DNA from: Amoebidium appalachense
Taxonomy: Eukaryota; Protista; Ichthyosporea
Length of the DNA stretch: 64,000 nt
NCBI GenBank assembly: GCA_963693365.1
Contig: CAVNZM010000001.1
Coordinates: forward strand, 11,682,161 to 11,746,160
Reading direction: 5' to 3'
In this document: positions 58,857-64,000 of the stretch, piece by piece
Layout of the letters: the number at the start of each line of letters is the position of its first letter
Position numbering within the stretch: position 1 is the stretch's first letter
Translations under genes and position numbers: made by a program
The notes under the pieces: model-generated
Databases searched by the model: none
What the model saw: only the letters and a program-made list of their open reading frames with translations
What the model was told of the DNA's origin: nothing

Positions 58857-59290
58857 TTGGGATATTCGGGTTGGTTGTAAGGTTTTCTATGGCCCAATAG
58901 ACGGGCCTGTGGCCCGTTAGGGCCTTCGGCCCGACCCGGAAAACCTTACAACCAACCCGAATATCCCAAGCGATCGGAGTACACCTGGCAAGTTCCTACC
59001 TTTTTTAGTAATTGCGCATTTCCTGATATGGGTTTCCAAGTAATTATGCGATTGGTCGAAAGGACTTGATGACGTAGGTGGACTTCGAGGAGACAGGAAT
59101 GCAATCTGAAATAGTTTCGACATGGGGAGTGAAATCGCACCCACGCATTGCTGAAGTTGTATGATTTTGCAGGATGGTGCAGGAAGTAGCAGGCGGCAGC
59201 GTTCGCCGGCTTGGGATATTCGGGTTGGTTGTAAGGTTTTTCGGGTCGGGCCGAAACCCCTAACGGGCCGCAGGCCCGCTTATTGGGCCG
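58857..59290. mobile_element. Small non-coding inverted-repeat (MITE-like) structure
   Basis: ttgggatattcgggttggttgtaaggtttt at 58857 and 59211, with its reverse complement at ~58939-58969. 58890-58971 and 59209-59290 are ~80-bp imperfect inverted repeats. Confidence 0.55.
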
Positions 59291-59339
59291 CTTAGCCTAG
59301 GCCTGGGGCCCCGGGCCACGGCGGCCCGGGCCGGGCGTG

Positions 59340-62300
59340 GCTCGAGTTGGTCTCGTACGTGAGCCCATTCCACTATGTGGGGGAACTTTAGCTTATGTCG
59401 AGGGGGTGTGGTGGGATCCATGTTTGCCCCCTATCGGTCGACTACTCCGAGGTTATCGAGCTTGATGTGGATGGGGGTGGTGGTGGGGGTGAGCAGGAGG
59501 GCTAGTAGTACCCCTGTGAGTTCGGCTTGGGTGGATGATAGGGCCGTATGGAGCCTGGTCTTGGCCGTCACTGGTGGTGCTTTCCGGTCCGGGGTGTCCA
59601 GCACAGCCCCAGCTCCGACCTGGGCTATCCTCCTGCCCGGGTGGATGAGGCTGCCGTCCGTATAAACGGTGATCGGTTGGTCTGGGAGGAGCAGGGTGAT
59701 TTGCTGCTGCCACTCGTCATAGGTGGCCTGGGGCACCAAGTCGGTGTAGGTGAGCCTACGGGGAGTGGGTGGGCTCGGCACAGTCTGCCAGGTGGGCCGT
59801 GCACTTGTGTTCTGGTGGTGACCCTACCGGTGGTGGCTGCTGGGGGGGGGGGGGGGGGGGGGGGGGGGGCCGGGGAGGACTGTCCCCCGGCAAGGGTGCG
59901 GCCTCCTTGTTGGCATGCAGGTGGAGCATCTGGGGTGATGACTGTTGGTGGGGGTGAAGATGCCGCCGAAAATGGTGTGTCTTCCTCCACTGCTCGGCCG
60001 GATTGGAGCCATCCTTCAGTGCGATGACTTGGTAGATGTCGATGCTGTCGGTGTTGATGAAGTCCTTGTGGTACTTCAGGACTACCGTGTGGGTGGTGAT
60101 TCGGGTCTTGAAGGCCACGTAGGGGTCTGCCCGTACTCACCTCCACAGCACGGGTCCACCCCACACACTGCTTGTGGTGGGTTGGTTATCTGCTGGGGGC
60201 TCAGGGGGCTCGTACATGATGTTGGTGTCACTGTTGGTGCTAGAGTCCTCTGTTCCTTCCCCCTCTCCGTCTACGTACCCGGGGCTGCAGGGGGGAGACT
60301 GGGTGGCCGGGGTGTACTAGTAGGCCAGGTTCCATGGGGAGTGGCCGTATTTGCAGTCACCAGGGCAAAAGCGGAAATGGGCTGTTCCATGTGGGTCGTT
60401 CCACGTGGGTCGATGCCATCTGTCGGACCCTCCTCCTCTGTGTTGTCCCGTAGATGGGCTATTTTGACCGCTCCCCGTTGTGGGTGGTGTGGGCCACCTG
60501 GCACCTGGCTGAGTTCATATTGCCCGTTCTTGATTATTTCCACCACGAATGCACCTACTAGTACGGGCTGGTTTGCCACGAGGTCAATGGTGTGGTGGGT
60601 GTGATAGTGGGTGTGTGGTCTGCGTGCTGGCCGCAGTTGGGCTGCTATGGGGGTGGCCGCCCCCTTGATGATGGACCTGTACGTCCACTGTGTGGCTCAC
60701 ACCGGGCCCCGTAGTAGGTCTGGGGGGTGGGGCAGTTCAGGGAACGCCCGGAACACCCCCGGCCGTACCATCATGGTGTCCTCCACCGTGTAGAGTTGAC
60801 GGGGGTGTATGTGGGGGCCGATGTCACGGTGGGCAGCAAAGGTGTGGTCCGGGAAAGCGGTGTTGATAGGCCCTTGGTGCTGGTTGTTGTTGCTGCTTCC
60901 CCTCCTTCACCTTCAAGTTGGGGGGAGGGGCCCGGGGGCCGTGGGGTGGGGGGACTTGTGTTCAATTTGGGGGGGGGTTTCCCCAATACTAAGATGCCGC
61001 TTGTGAAGGATCCCCGTGATATGGGCCCAATGGTTGTGGAGCTGCTTCCCCCCTAGCCTGTAAAGTTTGGCTGGGGGTGCTTGCAGGGGAGGGTATACGT
61101 AGGGTGGGCCTGTCACGTGTTGCTGCTGCCAGGGCTGGTACCGGACCACGCCCCCTGCTGGTCCTGGTGTTTCCAGCAGGGCACACAGCTCCGTAACCAT
61201 GGTGCTGGCTGCTGATTCGACGATGCTGGCCAGTCCCCCTAGAGTGGGATGGTGTAGCAGCCCGGACGGGGTGCTCCGGTGGAAACCACATTTCCGACGG
61301 AGGAGGTCTCTCCACTTGCTGTCGATTACCTGCATGGTGGTGTTGCTGATGGCTGACCCTTTGAGGAGGAAGAGGATGGCCGGGGCCACCACACTGTTGG
61401 CCACGTAGATCACTTGGCTGGGTGCCAGCATTTTACGGGCTAGTATGGTGGTGGCCCGTAATGTCAGCTGCATGGCCTTCCTGTTGTTGGGCCGGGTGTG
61501 TCATTGGACTCGGAGGGTGATGTTGACCACTAGCACTCTGATGTGCGCATCGGGGAACTCGATCTGAATGGGTACTAAAGGGTGGTGCTCCCGGGGATTT
61601 GCGGTGCTGCAGGGGGGCCACTGTTGCCCGTGTTGGGGTACCACGGGCGAGGACAGAAAACTTGTCTGGGTGTGGTTCCAAGTCCTGGTAGTGAAAAAAG
61701 GGGGCAGATATCTCGAGAGTTTGCTGGATGCTCTCCTTGTTGGGGCCATACATGTTGTGTCGTCGGCGAACTTCAAGGCTACAGACGTCACACACAGGGG
61801 TGTTTGTGCCGGTGTGTGGTGCTGTGTCTGTGGGGGTAGGTGGAAAGTGTACCCCTTGCCGTGCCTTTTGATGGCTGTCAAAACTGGATCGTAGAAAATA
61901 ATCCACAGAATGGGGGGGAGGACAGCCCCTTGGGCCAGGCCGTTTTCAACAGGGAAAGACTCAGTGTGCCCCTGGTCTGTGCACACCGTGGCCGTACGAT
62001 TGTGCCACATGTGCCGGAGGAGGGTGATTACTCTGGGGGTCGGTGCCCAGGCGGGTGAGCCCCAGTTCCACCGAGGGCCAAGACACCGTGTCATATGCCC
62101 TCTTAATGTCCTGTTGGACGATCCATAGTTCCTGGTCGTGGTCTATGGCATCATCTATCGTCTCTCGGATGATAGCCAGCGCCCCGTCGATACCCGGGCC
62201 CGGCACGAACCCGAAATTCCCCCCCGGGAGGCGGGTGGGGTCACTGTGCTGCCGGAAGATCGAGAGTAGGCGCTGGTTGATGACCGATTCTAGCAGCTTC

Positions 62301-62934
62301 CGTGCCGTTTCCAACTCTGAGTGCTATCGGTCGGGTTTTGTCGAAGTCACCTTCCCATTCCCCTTTCGGTAGGGGATGGATGGTGTGGTGCAGCCATGAC
62401 CTCGGCGTGGTACCCGTGGCCAGGCATCCGTTGATGATATGTAGTAGCCATGCTTGCCCCTTTGGCCCCAGGTGTTGGAAGTATTCGTACTGGATTTCCG
62501 TTGGGCCGGGGGCCTTCCCCCCCTGTCGGCTCTGGACGATCTGTTGAAGCTCGTCGTGGAGTGGCCGGGTGCATTATAGACCCTAATGGGGAGTCTTCGG
62601 GGGGGGTCGGTCGATAGAAGTCGGCCCACATTGGGTCGGCGAGCATCTCCTCGATGTGTGGGTTCCTGCGGGCCGTCCTGCACCGGTGATAAGTTTCACG
62701 AATGACGGGCTCCGTGTCAGCCCACTCCGTGAGGTACTCAGTGCCCGTTGGGGTGACGTCACGCTTGACTAACGTAGCCGAGACGCTCACACGCCCCCGG
62801 TCTAAAATGCTGCTTAGTGCACGCCGGAGTTGAGGGCGGGTTGGTGCAATGGTAAGATCTCTGCGTGTCAAGCTCCAAGTCGCAGGATCGATCCTGGTTA
62901 CAAGTTCCGATTTTTTTCTGCCTCGACGGTCCAC
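59340..62934 (-). mobile_element. Degenerate non-LTR retrotransposon: reverse transcriptase plus C-terminal RNase H, many frameshifts, truncated
   Basis: NFGFVPG, QDIKRAYDTVSW, GLAQGAVLPPILWIIFYDP, KFADD, thumb-region LHHPTLGGL; RNase H VYTDGS..GAG, SSTQAELTG and IKLDN. Confidence 0.88.
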
Positions 62935-64000
62935 CGGTCTGGCCGCCCCCTAGAAGCCATCACCCCAGACCACGTCAAAGCAGCACCACCAATTTGTTAT
63001 CACCCGGCCGTAAGACATGACGTCATGAACAGCACCGGCCCTCTGACGTCGACGGCGCGCCGCTTGGGCATCCCGGCCCAACGTTCAAGTGGACCTGTGT
63101 GATCGGCTCGCCGCCGGGGGCTCGTCGGCCGTTGGTATGCGGTCAAATTCCTCGTATCAGTTCAACGATCTGTGTGATTAGACCTGGCCGGGCCCATCGC
63201 CACCCCGACGAGCCTGTCGGCCATAAAATGAGGTGTCGATTTCCATCCCGTCAGGGCTCGTCGCCAGTTAACGCTGATTGGCTAAAAGTTTTGGCGCGCT
63301 TAACATTGATTGGCTGTTTTTGGCGGCAGAGTTCACGCAGCCTTCATAAAGCAGCGACGCTGGCGGTTGAGGTCAGTTTGCATCGCCCATTTTTCCAAAT
63401 AACACGACACCGCAAACATGAGTCAGCCTCAGTACACTACACCCCAGCTTCGTGCCATTATTACGAGCGCAGCTGGGTATGACGGTTGGGTGGAGGAGCT
63501 GGCCCGTCTGGCTCGTGACCATGGCCTCTTTGACGGCCCTAGCTATGGAAACCATGGCCTGAGAGTTCTGTAAAGCCATGTTATAGCCGGCATTTACCAG
63601 AGCCGTAACAAACCCTTCCAACAACAGCAAACATGATTGAGCAGCTGATGTTATAAACAGCATGTACAGCTTTACAAGGAGGCTCTTCTTCTGAGGGTGG
63701 CTACATTTTCTACTAATTTCTCGCCCACTTCGAAAGATGCTGAGAAAAAAACTGAAAAAACTGAGACAAAAGAAAAGCTGAAAATAGAAAAAACGTTCCC
63801 GAAAATGTGACAGGCCCGGCTGGGTCGCCGAGCTTGACCGGCCCGTGGCTCACGCATCTGTCCTGCCGACAGGCTGGGCGGAGGCGCCGCCGGGCCCATC
63901 GACATCTGGCCCGGGCAGCGGGCAGCTGATCACACAGGTCCAGTGGGAGACCAAATTGAATCCGAGTCACCGGCCACAATTCGGGTCAGCGTCCTGGGCA

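Noticed and set aside
63373-63663. 96-aa ORF near the window end
   Set aside because: Non-ATG start and no recognisable motif, so it cannot be supported.

Overview
Eukaryotic (opisthokont-like) genomic DNA in four parts. (1) 1-15 kb: an intron-rich transportin-1 (karyopherin-beta2) gene on the minus strand. One intron holds four copies of a two-hairpin, ACA-ending unit resembling an H/ACA snoRNA. (2) 18.3-19.4 kb: an internally deleted piggyBac transposase remnant. (3) 20,003-58,854: one ~38.9 kb palindrome. Its two ~19.4 kb arms meet at an 18-nt imperfect loop (39,362-39,379) flanked by 40-bp tandem repeats, which resembles a replicated hairpin telomere or concatemer junction. Each arm carries an intronless, virus-like gene set: SF3/DUF5906-type helicase, PD-(D/E)xK nuclease, Fic, patatin, C2H2 and BED-like zinc fingers and coiled-coil proteins. 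I see no capsid, polymerase or integrase. Each arm also holds an IS607 serine recombinase plus Fanzor2 element that splits a C2H2 finger at a GCAG core, so its ends, omegaRNA guide and empty target can be reconstructed. (4) 58.9-64 kb: a small inverted-repeat element and a degenerate non-LTR retrotransposon (RT + RNase H). The arms differ by homopolymer indels (probably sequencing error) and by at least six CpG transitions (suggesting two real copies). All protein calls come from motif recognition by eye; no searches were run.
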